A stretch of DNA of 63,809 bases, filler included, from Circinaria calcarea (GCA_051942165.1; 29 parts of 29 records of this genome joined end to end with filler, not necessarily neighbours in it); one strand, 5' to 3'. Positions 50,236-62,106 are shown, numbered from the whole stretch's first letter. Numbers and translations are program-made. Notes: generated by a model from the sequence alone, not told the origin.

Positions 50236-50633
50236 TTACGTAACCATTCCCCTTCCCACCAACACATTCCCATCAAATATCGAAAACTCCGCCATCCCAT
50301 ACACATGATCCAGCATCCACGTCGCCAACTCGGCAACCGCAACGTTCAAAATCCCATATGTCATCGGCCTCGCAGGGTCCGCATTCCACATGTGAAGCAT
50401 GCTCCCGTCGGTCATCAACCAGACGAAGCCGTTGACGGTGAGGTAGTGCGCGTGGTGTTGGACGAGACTGTCTTCGATGGAGGCGGCGGCTTCAATGAGC
50501 AAGCCGGGGATGTTGTGGCTTTCGATAGGGAGAGCGCGGAAGAAGGTTATGGAGATGAAAGTGCTGAAGCCGGCGAAAATGCAAAGAGAAAAAGGTGGGT
50601 CGCGCGGAGGCACGCGGGGGTGAAGGGGACGGG
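50236..50633 (-). CDS. Small fungal hypothetical protein, 3' part (probably secreted family)
   Basis: MTYGILNVAVAELATWM...YGMAEFSIFDGNVLVGRGMV* matches a C-terminal pattern (TW/YG.L..A...L...M...F.I.DG...VG.G.I/V) that I recall in small proteins of lichen-forming ascomycetes. Confidence 0.55.
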
Positions 50634-50733
50634 NNNNNNNNNNNNNNNNNNNNNNNNNNNNNNNNNNNNNNNNNNNNTTAATTAATTAANNNNNNNNNNN
50701 NNNNNNNNNNNNNNNNNNNNNNNNNNNNNNNNN

Positions 50734-51235
50734 CAGCAGGTCGTATTTGTTTCGCCACAGCAGTAGCTTCCATCCGGGCACTGAAGGACCAAGACATCTT
50801 CCTGCGTGTAGTTATGGGACTCGCCGGTTACTTCTCCTGCAATTCCTAACCGTCAGCCCCACGAGTAACCAATACACACTATACTCCTAGTATGAGCACC
50901 CCCACCCTCTCCCAACCTTAAACTTACCAGGGCCAGTGGTACATAAATTCAAGCACAATGGGCTCTTTCCACGTCGGGTCCGTGCAGCTTTCCCGCCAGA
51001 GACGCGTCAGGATACCATTTCCTTAGCTGTTGCTAATGTAATTCCTACATTCGTCTAGAAGCGACTCTCGGTTTGTCCCGCAGCACATGGACACCACTCC
51101 AAGCGCGGAGTTACATGGCACGTAGTCTGTTGAAACCACCCGGACGCCGTTAGGATTATAGCATTCCGCGAGCACTTGGGCGGAGAATAAGAGAGTCAGG
51201 CAGGGGAGGAGGAAAGTCCGCTTTCTAGCTTGCAT
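50734..51235 (-). pseudogene. Secreted Cys-rich membrane-protein family member with stop and frameshift
   Basis: Signal peptide, then CYNPNG..PC..SMCC..C, TAA at 51023, WRESCTDPTW, a +1 shift to SPLCLNLC, an intron, then QCPDGSYCCGETNTTCC. Confidence 0.65.
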
Positions 51236-52617
51236 ATTAATGCTGGAAAGTTAGAATCCGTAAACCTGGAAGAGGGCTATTAAATACCGATGAGAGTAAG
51301 ATCCCAATTAACTAGGCTAGATTCAGCCTTCTTGACAGACTGCGGTGGATGCAACCCCATTCAAATGCGGTTCCAACCAATCTGTACCAATCACTACCAA
51401 TCACACATTGCAGCCTTGGAGCTTCCTGAGCAGAGCGCCAATGGCAACGTGCCACAAATTTTTTGTCCGACGGTGTAAGGCGTTCCTGTGGTCGTGCTCC
51501 CCGAGTTTGGAAGTCATGAGATACGCCGCATAGAACAGCGTGTTTAATAATACCTCTATAGCGTCCCCACCTCCAACGGGAGCATTCCCAGCACGACGAA
51601 GGAAAATCTCAAGCAGATTCCCATTCTCCCAAGCCTCCACCACCATTTGCCGAGAACAGAAAATCATAGGGATCGCAAACGGACCTCTTCCATTTTATAG
51701 TGCGTTGCAAAATGATAGGCGCTTTTTTAGGTTTCCTTTTTTATTTTGGGGGGTTGCCGAGCTCAGCAAGGATTAGACGAAGGCGCTAGCTAGGATAGGT
51801 ATACCAGAGTAATTTGCTAGCTGGGGTTTATTTATTATGCTCGGAGGATGTTAGGTAGGCCCGGAATAATAGTGCTCCCAGCCAATCAACACCTCGTCTG
51901 CAAGGGGCCCCCCTTGGCCTGGTTTACATAGCTCCATTGTACATCCACAACGGAGCTATGTTGTACTAGTAGGCCAATACGAGAACACAGTTTCTACCAG
52001 CCTACCCTCCGTGCTTTACAGTATCAGGCTTAGCTTATCGGCGCCGTGCTCCCGAGCATAACAGATTTCTAACAAAAAAACACAAAACCTCCCAAATTAT
52101 GCCACCAACTGTAAGCCATGTCAAGCGATCGGAAGTCTGCCGCCGAGACTTTAGTCGCGTTACTAGCCGCATAAACACCAAGGTCTTATTTCCGGGAAAA
52201 CCGGAACTCGTCAAGTGAAGCCTACAACACACGAAACGATTTACTAATCTCTCCCTTTTCTGTAGGGTTTGTTTGTGCGCAGATGAGTCTAGCGGAAAGG
52301 GGAGGCTAAGGGGGTTGCTTTAAGGTCTTGGAATACCCGCCCCGGGGAAAAGCGATATCCTTGCTGCGAGTCTGTGAGATAGTACTTAGTTGGAGAGAGA
52401 TTCATGAGCATTATGGTGGGAAGGAGCGCCTTGGGGCTCCTAGATGTGACATAGCTTTGCCATGGTAAATGGAAAGAAGCTATCTGAACCAAGTCACCCC
52501 GAATTTCTTTGCTATCCTCCTACCTTGCAGTCGTTGAAAATTGTCATCTCCTAACAATCTAGCCGCTGAGCGAGAGCGATATGCCAGTACAGCGGGAGAG
52601 ACAGAGCTCTGGTTTAC

Positions 52618-52830
52618 TTATTTGGGAACTGCCATAATGATACTGTCTTGAAGTTCTTCCGTATAGGTCCAAATCTTGACAATCTTCAAACCTGCGGCTT
52701 CCATCAAAGAATACCATTGCTTCTCGGACCTTTCCATCGCGGCCAGAGCGGACATCACCAGCAGGTCGAGTTGGGTGGCTCGCCAAGGTGCTTTTTCATT
52801 TGGCAGAATCATGTCATCGATCAAAATAAC
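52618..52830 (-). CDS. SAM-dependent O-methyltransferase, C-terminus
   Basis: IDDMILP...DLLVMSALAAMERSEKQWYSLMEAAGLKIVKIW. Confidence 0.85.
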   Translation of the reverse strand, partial: VILIDDMILPNEKAPWRATQLDLLVMSALAAMERSEKQWYSLMEAAGLKIVKIWTYTEELQDSIIMAVPK

Positions 52831-52930
52831 NNNNNNNNNNNNNNNNNNNNNNNNNNNNNNNNNNNNNNNNNNNNTTAATTAATTAANNNNNNNNNNNNNN
52901 NNNNNNNNNNNNNNNNNNNNNNNNNNNNNN

Positions 52931-53749
52931 ACGCACCGCCAGCAGCGATGCCGCTCAAGCGACCAGCTTGTGTTATTCCCTGATTCTATACGGAGTCCCT
53001 ACCGTGACTGTTGTACCTCCTCCCGGAGTAACGCCGGCGCCTGCGTAAGAATTTACCCCACTGCCTTCCCCTCCTTTGAAAGCACTCCCTACTGTTTAAG
53101 GCTGACTTATGTATTTATATATTATAGCGTTGTTACCAGTACCTCCACCATCACCCGCGCCGTATACCCCAATGGCCAGTACCTCGAAGAACTCCGCTTC
53201 CCCACCTTCGTCAGCTCCTACCCCGCCTCCCGAGTCTCCAGCGGATGCTCCTGCCTGCTCGGTCCCAAACCCACCACCACCCTTACATCCAGCGGGCCTA
53301 CTATCGTACATCCCCTCTCCCCTTTCCATTTTCCCCCTCTTTACTAATGCCTTGCCCTCTTTTTCGAACAGACCCAAACCACCGTCATAACCACCCGCTC
53401 CACTCTCACCGGCCCCTGCGCAACCAACATCCCCTACGTCGGCGTCTCCACAATCCAAAACTACAACGACCGCTCCGGCTATAAGGCAACCTTCCACTCG
53501 GACCCCGTCAGCCTCAGCAACGCCTACCAGTGCTGTAACACCTGTCTCAATTACTCTGGCGGAACCTGCATTGCCTACTTCAATATCCCAGGCACCTCGT
53601 GCAATTATCTGACTGCGAATATCCCCTACGGCCAGACTTGCGCCACTCAACAAAATGACGCGATTGTTTATTTGGATTCGTCGCGTTATCCGAATCAGTT
53701 GGGCGGGAAGGGACCATGTGGGGATACGATTGTCGTGCAGGGGAATTGA
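52931..53749 (+). CDS. Secreted Thr/Cys-rich cell-wall-type protein, 3' part (3 exons seen)
   Basis: YPASRVSSGCSCL, Thr-rich linker, then AYQCCNTC...CIAY...C...GPCG, with a stop at 53749. Two GT-AG introns. Confidence 0.7.
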
Positions 53750-54391
53750 GAGAAAAGGAAAAGGGGTTGTAATTTGGGGGGCGTTGGACGTGAGAAACGA
53801 TGTGAGAGGGACGGAAGTCTATTAGTAGCCCAACAGATTGATTTGCAGGTCGACGCGAGGGCAATAAGAACACAGCCAGCGTTAATCTTTCTACCGTTCC
53901 CCCTTTTTATCTCTGCTGATCCAAACCAATGGCCCCCCCCCTCTCCCTTTCTTTCCTCGACTCCACACCTCTCTCCTCACACAGTACGTAATAACCACGG
54001 TCTCCAATCCCTATCGGTTTCCGCTCTGCTCGCGCCACCCCATCGAAATCACGCAAACGGAAACCCCCAAAGCCACCAGAACCCATAAAGCGTAGAGAAG
54101 GGGAAGCGGGGACTTTCAACCATGGCCGCTTTTCGGGCCTTTAGTTTCGACTTCGAACACAATAACAGAGGAGCTCAGGGAACTAGCTGGGAACTGGGAA
54201 CTATCAACTGGAATATTGGAAACCCTACACCGGCCCCGTTTCCCTCCCCACAATATTTAGCGCCTTAGCTAGTCAAATCCGGCGAGCGAGCGAGAGAGAG
54301 AAAGGGAGAGAGAGAGAGAGAGTGAGAGGGGTTACAACGTCGATAGGTACCACACACGCACAATATTTTCCCAAATTCTTTCCCCAAATCT

Positions 54392-55027
54392 CATCTCCAT
54401 CTATATTCCCTTGCTCTCTTCGGTTATTTTCTCCCTTCTCTTTCCTCTCCTTCCCTCTCCCTGGCACACCCACACACCCGCGTCTGTCCTGTCTGGGTAA
54501 CAACGGTTCTCCCCATGGTGGGGGAAGGGGCGGGGGAATTTTCAAACCGCAACTGGGATTTTGGTAAGTCTGTTTTTGAGATGAGAATGAACGACGAATG
54601 GCAATGGCAACGGTAATTGGGGGTGGGTTGGAAGGGGATAAACGGTTTTCGTTATAAAGACGAATTGATTTCGCCGCCTCCTCTCCTTTTTTCCGATTCA
54701 CCGCGCCCGACTCCCTTTTTTTCATTTTCATTCCTTCCCCACCAGCCCCTTTGGGCTGTTTTTTTTCCCTTTTTCTCTTCCCCCTTGCACCCCCTTTCTG
54801 GCATTTTTGAACCCTGATTTCTAGCTTCCATCATTTCCCTCCCTCGAAAAACGAACGCGGGAAATCTACCAGGTTGAAGTCTATGAAATCCCTTCCCCCA
54901 CCATGGGGAGAACCGTTGTTACCCAGACAGGACAGACGCGGGTGTGTGGGTGTGCCGGGGAAGAGGGAAGGAGAGGAAAGAGAAGGGAGAAAATAACCGA
55001 AGAGAGCAAGGGATATAGATGGAGATG
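54392..55027. repeat. Long inverted repeat: arms 54392-54529 and 54890-55027, ~360-bp spacer
   Basis: The arms are reverse complements except for about three small differences. The right arm runs into the contig end. Confidence 0.93.
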
Positions 55028-55255
55028 NNNNNNNNNNNNNNNNNNNNNNNNNNNNNNNNNNNNNNNNNNNNTTAATTAATTAANNNNNNNNNNNNNNNNN
55101 NNNNNNNNNNNNNNNNNNNNNNNNNNNAGAAAGAAAAAAGAAGCCCTCATCGCTTTGTCATTTCGCCTGCGTAGAGTCTAAAACTATCCGTGAAACCTAG
55201 GTAATATACAACTGCAACCCCGGCCCAGAACAACCAACTCATGAATGGTACAATT

Positions 55256-56830
55256 CTATCGCTCGCAGGAATCATCCTCGTCAATCACCGGTTCCGCAAT
55301 CTTTACTGGTGCTTCCGGTGAGGCCGCTACGGCCGTAGGGAATACATCGCTCAAAGTCGTACTGGAAGAACTCTGGTCTGCAGCGAGTGGAGAGGACACA
55401 GAGGTTGAGGTGGAGCTGGACAATGTTTCTACGGTAGTGGATGAAGATGTCGATGTAACACTGGAAGAAGTCTCCACTGCCGTGGACGAAGAATACTCAT
55501 CGGTTAAGGTTGAAGTAGCAGGAGTCTCATCGGTTGAGGTTGAAGTAGCAGGAGTCTCATCGGTGGAGGTTGAAGTAGGAGTCTCATCGGTGGAGGTTGA
55601 AGTAGGAGTCTCATCGGTTGAGGTTGAAGTAGCAGGAGTTTCATCGGTGGAGGTTGAAGTAGCAGAAATCTCATCGGTTGAGGTTGAAGTAGCAGAAATC
55701 TCGTCAATTGAGGTTGAACTAGCGGGAGTCTCAACGGTAGCGACTGAAGAGGATTCATAACTCGAGGCTGTACTGGAAGAAGTCTGGACTTCAGTGGCCG
55801 AAGATGATACCGTAGATGTGACAAAGCTAGTGAGTGATGTATAAACGGATGCTTCGGTCGATGACGCAGGTAGGCTAGTCTCGGTCGTCATGCTGGTAGT
55901 GGTAGACTCGGTGTCTACAATGGTACTGCTGCCAGAAACAGCCGAGGTAGAGGAGATAACCAGGCTAGTGGAAGATGGAGCCTCAGATGGATCGGATGGG
56001 GAACCACTTGCTGTCGGGCCATCTCCAATTCTGACACAACCTGATCTGGCCGTGATTGCACTGGGGCAGCTGACTTTCTTCCAATCGACACTACGGAAAC
56101 CGTTAGTACGTAGAATGTGCAGAGCAAAAGCACGGTCATGTTATTACTTACCTGGGATTGTCGCTGCCACTGAAAAAGTTGTTGTCCCATCGGAATTTAC
56201 ATCCCGCCTTAAGGGCATCCGGGAAGGAAGAGCAGGTATCAGTGGAAGAACCACCATACTGAGCCCCCCAAACTGCTGCCGTGGCGCCCCATGCTTTTGT
56301 GCAACCGTCAAAGATACCAAAGCCTCCACCGGGCATCTGGAGCATGGCTCTTAGCGTGAAATCTTGCAACAGTCCATGAAGTCAGTACTTACAGCAATGT
56401 CGAACTGGGTAGGTCCCACATCATAACCGGTATTGGTTGCCTGAACAACCATTTTCTTGCCCGCAACAGCACCGCTCGTAAATGTCAGCTGGTAGCACTG
56501 ACAGCAGTTTGAACTCAAAGCCGATACGGAAGCAAAGCCGTATGCCAAGTCAGTACCAACAATCCATGGACTCTGGTCAGAACACATGTACGCAGGGCCA
56601 CCAGTGCACCCCGAAGCCGCCGAGGTGTCGGTGATAGGTCGATCGGTAATATCGCAACTCTTGACGGCGGACTGAATGCCCAACCGGCCAAGGTCATTCC
56701 AGGCGCAAGAAGGCTTGCAGCAGTCCCAATAGCGGGTGGTGGTTCCTGATCCAGAGTTCTGAGCTGCAGTCAGAGTGACGCCGGTGGTTATGAGGGCTAT
56801 AATAGCAAGACTAAGAGGGTAGGATGCCAT
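55256..56830 (-). CDS. GH45 endoglucanase with long Ser/Thr-rich tail (3 exons)
   Basis: Signal peptide, TTRYWDCCKPSCAW, CCQCYQLTFTSG..AGKKMVVQATNTG, QFDIA|MPGGGFGIFDGC, QYGG and VSCPSAITARSGC. Exons 56830-56393, 56336-56152 and 56090-55256. Confidence 0.95.
55496..55735 (-). repeat. 21/24-bp coding minisatellite (TSTSTDETP[A]) in the GH45 tail
   Basis: About 10 units of GAGTCTCATCGGT(T/G)GAGGTTGAAGTA(GCA)G on the + strand. Confidence 0.9.
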
Positions 56831-57794
56831 TGCCGTTGTGTTGGCCCTGCGTTTGACGAATGCGTCCGGATTGTAAGAAGTACTGAAGTGTGTAGGTCTC
56901 TGAGCGTACACGGTAAAGAAGAAGGAGCGGAGTAAAGAACGTGACGGCTCTGCCAGGAGTCTAATATCTCAAGGAATGACTGAAACAAACGTTCGGAGGA
57001 ATGAGAGATTCGGCGAGGAAAGGGAGGCTGGGAGACGGCAGCCATCTTAAGGTTATCTCCATCCATGCCGCCTCCTCGAAGTACAATCTCGGATAGATGA
57101 GAAGTAAGGCTAAGATATGCATAGAAGGCCAACGCTGACAGCAGGGATAAGCTGCAGGCACATGGTGCGGATCAGTGACAATAGACGATCGACTGTCTGG
57201 TAAACGCGCTCATCACTGCGGTACNNNNNNNNNNNNNNNNNNNNNNNNNNNNNNNNNNNNNNNNNNNNTTAATTAATTAANNNNNNNNNNNNNNNNNNNN
57301 NNNNNNNNNNNNNNNNNNNNNNNNACTACCGAGACCACCACCGAGACGATTGTTTGAAGAGGAGGACCTGGAGTAAACATGATTATAAACCACCGGTAAA
57401 TGGTTCTAGGTGTGAATTTTGGAAGGTGTTGGTAGAAAAATATAATTAAAAGGTGAAAGTCTTGGTGGATGACAGGCAATTCTGAGATGAGGCGAAAGAG
57501 TGTGAAGTAGAAGAGAGCCCTTACAATTATTTATCCCCTACAAACGGTTGTCAAGGGCGGAGCACGCATTCTAGTTGGAGACTGAGTCATACTTGTAACC
57601 AATAAGATGGCAAAACGGGTTTAGTTGATCAAGTAGCGCCGTAGACCAGGCGCTTCCGGGTGGGTAACCCGAGCTCAAGGGGTTACTCCACCCCCGTTCC
57701 TTCTGTTTTTCCCCCTTCAATACTTCAATATTATTATATTACTTTATATTCACTCATACGCCCTACAAGATCTTTATCCATAGACTTAACACAC

Positions 57795-59419
57795 ATGAAT
57801 GTAGCACAGAGAAAGCCACAATTGGTTGCGACCAGTACACTCAGCGTCAAGAAACTCCATGCAAAACTTGGATTCTCGGAAGCGACCCAGCAATTAGCCA
57901 ATTTTATTACACATTTCGTACATGGAGGAGAACTTATAGAACAAGCACAGGGACAGATGTGAAAAATCTTGGGGAGTGGAACTAACAAGCCACTCAACTA
58001 GAGCTGTTTGATCTGGCTTACCAGTTTCCTGATGAGTTTGGAGATCGCTACTGGTCGCCTTCGCGAAACTGTTATGACGGCGATCTCAGGTACCCTAACA
58101 ACGCACCTCAGTAAGTAAATGCTCGTTACTGTCCCAGAGAATACTCTACTGAAATTCAGGAAGACTGACTGAAAATCTTGTTTAGCTTTTACGGAAGTAG
58201 ATCCACAACGCGGAATGCATTCAAAGATATTCACTTCAGAAAGCTGCAGACATTCATTCAACCAGACAGGATTTGGGTGATACCGTTATTGTTGATAATT
58301 CTCCTATTATCGACGACATAAACTATACCATAGCAACGTGAGTCGACCAGTCAAGAGGCATAGCTCATCACCATTAATGATAACAAACGAACCCAGAACC
58401 GAAGCTGGATCAAATAAGAGCACTTTCGAGCAATTGCGATCACAGGGTGACGCTTCTAATCGAGGTGTAACAAAAGACGATGGTGCAAGCCAGACCAAGA
58501 GAGACCATCCAACACTAGTGGATAACATCGATCCCCAATTACGACTTTTAGAGCAATAGATATATGGGCAAACCGAGAACTCGAACGGCATTATCAAGGG
58601 TATCAGCCCGTTAGCCTGTAGCCAAGTGAGTAATATCTAGATGCCATCGATTCAATGTATTTCTGACCATAACTTCCGAAGCTAATGGTAAGGTCAAAGG
58701 TTCACTCACCTCATGTCAATACTCTTTCATTCCCAGCTTCTCAGACATCTAAAGGGAGACCCCACTCACCTCATGTCGATACTCTTTCATCTCCAGCTCC
58801 TCAAACAGCAAAAAGGACACACCACACCAGAGAGGACTCGGCAGAAAGCAATATCTCCCCATACAAGCATACCATGGACACACGAAGGTCAAAGCGGAGA
58901 AAAGTCGTTGACAATCATAAGCCAGTCGTCTATCATGCCGATCAGGCTTCCAAGAACGAAACCCGCACATCCCTGAGATCCTCCAGCCGTAAACGCGTTC
59001 CCCGAGGCTTACCCAACCGTGTAGCAAGCGAGGAATTAGACGAACACCTTGAAAGGAGCATCACAAAGTCTACTGAGAGCGAGCAAAGCGATGAGAGGGG
59101 TTTCTCTGAGGGATCCATTTTCGACGATGGTTCTGCAGACAAAGGTAGAGATCCTTCTCCGACCGATGAGCAAAATTCTATAGAAGAGCCAATTCAAAGG
59201 CTACCTAGTTTTATGGCTGCAACAACCTTGCCAGTCTCAAGGAAACCCGGAATGACCAATGTTGCTCCAACGGCTCATATGGTACCATCGGTAGCCAATA
59301 ACGAGAAGTCCCAAGTAGTGCCCGTGGCGCCCCCAAAACCACTTCATACCGTGAGCGCATTTGTGCCGAAGAAACCGCTAAGATTTTGCTTTGTCAAAGA
59401 CCGCCGAACCCAGCTCTGG
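57795..59419 (+). CDS. Hypothetical multi-exon, largely disordered protein, 5' part
   Basis: A long ORF at 58685-59419 plus upstream exon-like frames and splice-like signals. The structure is uncertain. Confidence 0.4.
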
Positions 59420-59519
59420 NNNNNNNNNNNNNNNNNNNNNNNNNNNNNNNNNNNNNNNNNNNNTTAATTAATTAANNNNNNNNNNNNNNNNNNNNNNNNN
59501 NNNNNNNNNNNNNNNNNNN

Positions 59520-60315
59520 CCTTTCGCCCGATTCTTCAATGCTTTGTGGTTTGTGGCTACTACCGTGGGTCTTTGTCTAAAGTGTGTACCAATCGAGAAG
59601 TCATGGGATCCACTGCTACCCGGCAGATGTTACAACTTCGGGGTGTTTCTGGTTGCTATCGAGTGCCCGAATTCTTTTCTGGATTTCGTGATGGTGGGTC
59701 TTCCACTCGGTGTGCTCAGAGAACTCTAATTACCCTTAAAGCACAAAATAACATTGGGCTTCATATTCGCATTGGGCAGCTTGTAAGTATAATTATCACG
59801 TGAATAAATATGAGCTCTTGAGAACTGAAACGAATAGTGTTGGTGTAATAGGGTTTATCCGGATAGCAATTATTTACGTTTCTCCGAATTGTATAGCTGC
59901 TCTCCTCTCGATCTTCTCGTGGCTTACTAATATGGTTACAGCTAGTCTTAGTGATCTTGGTCACTGGGTGTTTGTTCAGCTTGCTTTTGCAGTAATCTGC
60001 TGTTGCCTCCCGACATATCGACCGTTGTTGCCAAAGGAAAATTTCCTGGCCTCATTCAAGGGCCGTTGCCTTTCATTTCTCGCCAAAAGGTATACGCCTA
60101 CTGCTTCCCGCTCAGGGAACAGTGGATTCTCCGACTCCTATCCTACCAAGAAGAGTATGCGGCTTAACGGTTATGGTAACATCAGCGACAGAGGAGTTCA
60201 GGTACAGATTTTGACTCACGCGAATACAGAATCTATTGAAGGGGACCGGTATATTGCGGGAAAGGACTTTCCGATCGACAGCATCAATGTTAGAAGCACA
60301 GTTGACGTGGTTTGA
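59520..60315 (+). pseudogene. Pth11-like (rhodopsin domain) integral membrane protein with in-frame TAA
   Basis: KCVPIEKSWDPLLPGRC, NSFLDFVMVGLPLGVLREL*LPLKHKITLGFIFALG, and VQLAFAVICCCLPTYRPLL. TAA at 59727-59729. Confidence 0.8.
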
Positions 60316-60483
60316 ATAAATTTATCTACTTAAGTATTAGTTTCTATAAGTTAGCAAGCAAGATAACAACCATTATTTAGGGGGAGGCTGGCAATATAGG
60401 AGCTGTACGAAGTAGAATTCATTATTGGTGATAAGCTTTAGTTTGGGCTATTATATAGCGGAAATTAAACTTCGATTTCGCGT

Positions 60484-61160
60484 TTAATATGCGAACTTTG
60501 CTCTATCTATCACCTTTGTAATACAGCTGGCCATTTCCGAGGAAATCGTTACTCCTCGTGGCACCTCTTGACGGCCTCCGTGGTCGAGAATTTCTTTTGT
60601 GCGGCCATTGCACATTTTACTCAACTTTATGCTAGATTGGTAATTGGGATCCTGAGAGCCGAAGATGTGTGCAGTCGGAATCTGAATCGGTTCCCCGTTA
60701 ACACCGAAGCAGAGTATCCTGCCCTTGACCTCGACAATCTGCAGCCGGCGCGGCACAGATGAATACAGCGCATCTAAACAGAGTGTTTGTATCAGGTGGA
60801 TCTTGCTGGTCACGCTCGACAGTGAAGGAGGCAGCAAGGCCAGCACCCTCTGAAAATCCCAGAACCGCATCAAACGGGGCCGTCGTGAACAACGTAATCT
60901 TTCAGATCTTGCAATGCACAAGCGTAGGCTTTCTACGGACTTCTCAAAATAGACGTAGCATTGATCATGTGGCGACACAAGATCCTTAAGTGCTGTACAA
61001 AGGTAATAAAACTCAAGCGTGTATGGAAGTCTGATTTAGCCCGCCTATGCCGAGAGAGGGCGCTATGAGATCGGGAGATACCTAACACTTACCAGGATCT
61101 GGAGGGACACGGTATTGTGCCTTTCGAGAAATTCGTATTCATGCTCAGAACCTAGTTGGT
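60484..61160 (-). pseudogene. FSH1-family serine hydrolase, frameshifted
   Basis: PFDAVLGFSEGAGLAAS and FRCAVFIC are in one frame, while IQIPTAHIFGSQD and HGGRQEVPR are in another (shift near 60720-60750). Confidence 0.75.
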
Positions 61161-61714
61161 AACGCAAAGCCGCTTCGGAAACGATCCAATACGCATCAGC
61201 TCAGCCTTGCTAATACAGAGATTCGAGATCCCAGCCTTTGCAACCGAGGGCGTCTCAGCCTCGAGAGCGGCGTCCCTGTCTGCACTTCGAAAATCCATTC
61301 CGATTGTCTCGAGTCAGTGTTCAGCCAGCCGGCGGAGAGAGTCAAGAACCTTGAGGACTGGAGAAAATGCACCGGCACTGGCACTCCCACTGGCACCGGA
61401 ACCGGAACCAACTCGGTATTTGAAAAGGCCGGACACCCAGACAGTGACCGTACTATACAATTTTCGGAAACTCCAAACCGGAAACTGTGTAGATTAACCG
61501 CGTAGGTACCGTCCCCAGGTCCGGGGCGTAAAGGAGAACCTTGTGAGTTATCACATCGAGTTATGAAAGGTATACCATGTTGAAATACTCCGTAGGGGTT
61601 GATTATAGGAAGTCNNNNNNNNNNNNNNNNNNNNNNNNNNNNNNNNNNNNNNNNNNNNTTAATTAATTAANNNNNNNNNNNNNNNNNNNNNNNNNNNNNN
61701 NNNNNNNNNNNNNN

Positions 61715-62106
61715 CCCCCATTCTCCCCCCGACTTTCCCTACAAATCTCCACGATCCTAACGGCCAATCCGAAATAAAAGTCTCCCACATCGCCCCCCAT
61801 GACCTGTGACCACCAACTCCCCTTCCCACTCTTCTTGCCCTTTCCCGTCATGTTACTCCCCGCCAGCGGATCCACCCCGATAGCATTACACATGCGGGCA
61901 AACTCGGCACGGAATGTAGGGTTCTCCTTGATCTTATCACTATGTTGTAGCGCAAAGGTATGCAGGAGAGACTGGAAGACGGAGAGCTGTGTCTGCAGGG
62001 AAGACAGATGAGAGGAGCGGAGGGCGGCGCCGTGGGTTGCATAGGAGGTGTTCAGGGAGGAGCGGTTCTGAAAGGCGGAGAGGCCAACACCACGGCGAGT
62101 AGACAT
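61715..62106 (-). CDS. SNF8: ESCRT-II subunit Snf8/Vps22, 5' part
   Basis: RRGVGLSAF, LQTQLSVFQSLL, NPTFRAEFARMCNAIGVDPLA and DFYFGLAVRIVEICRESRGENG. Confidence 0.93.

Noticed and set aside
31182..55760. Long antisense ORFs (e.g. 31182-31598, 53096-53653, 55245-55760)
   Set aside because: These are shadows of Ser/Thr-rich repetitive sense genes.
2118..61714. Regularly spaced TTAATTAATTAA palindromes as a CRISPR-like or biological repeat array
   Set aside because: Always centred in identical N padding; this is a standard six-frame-stop linker.
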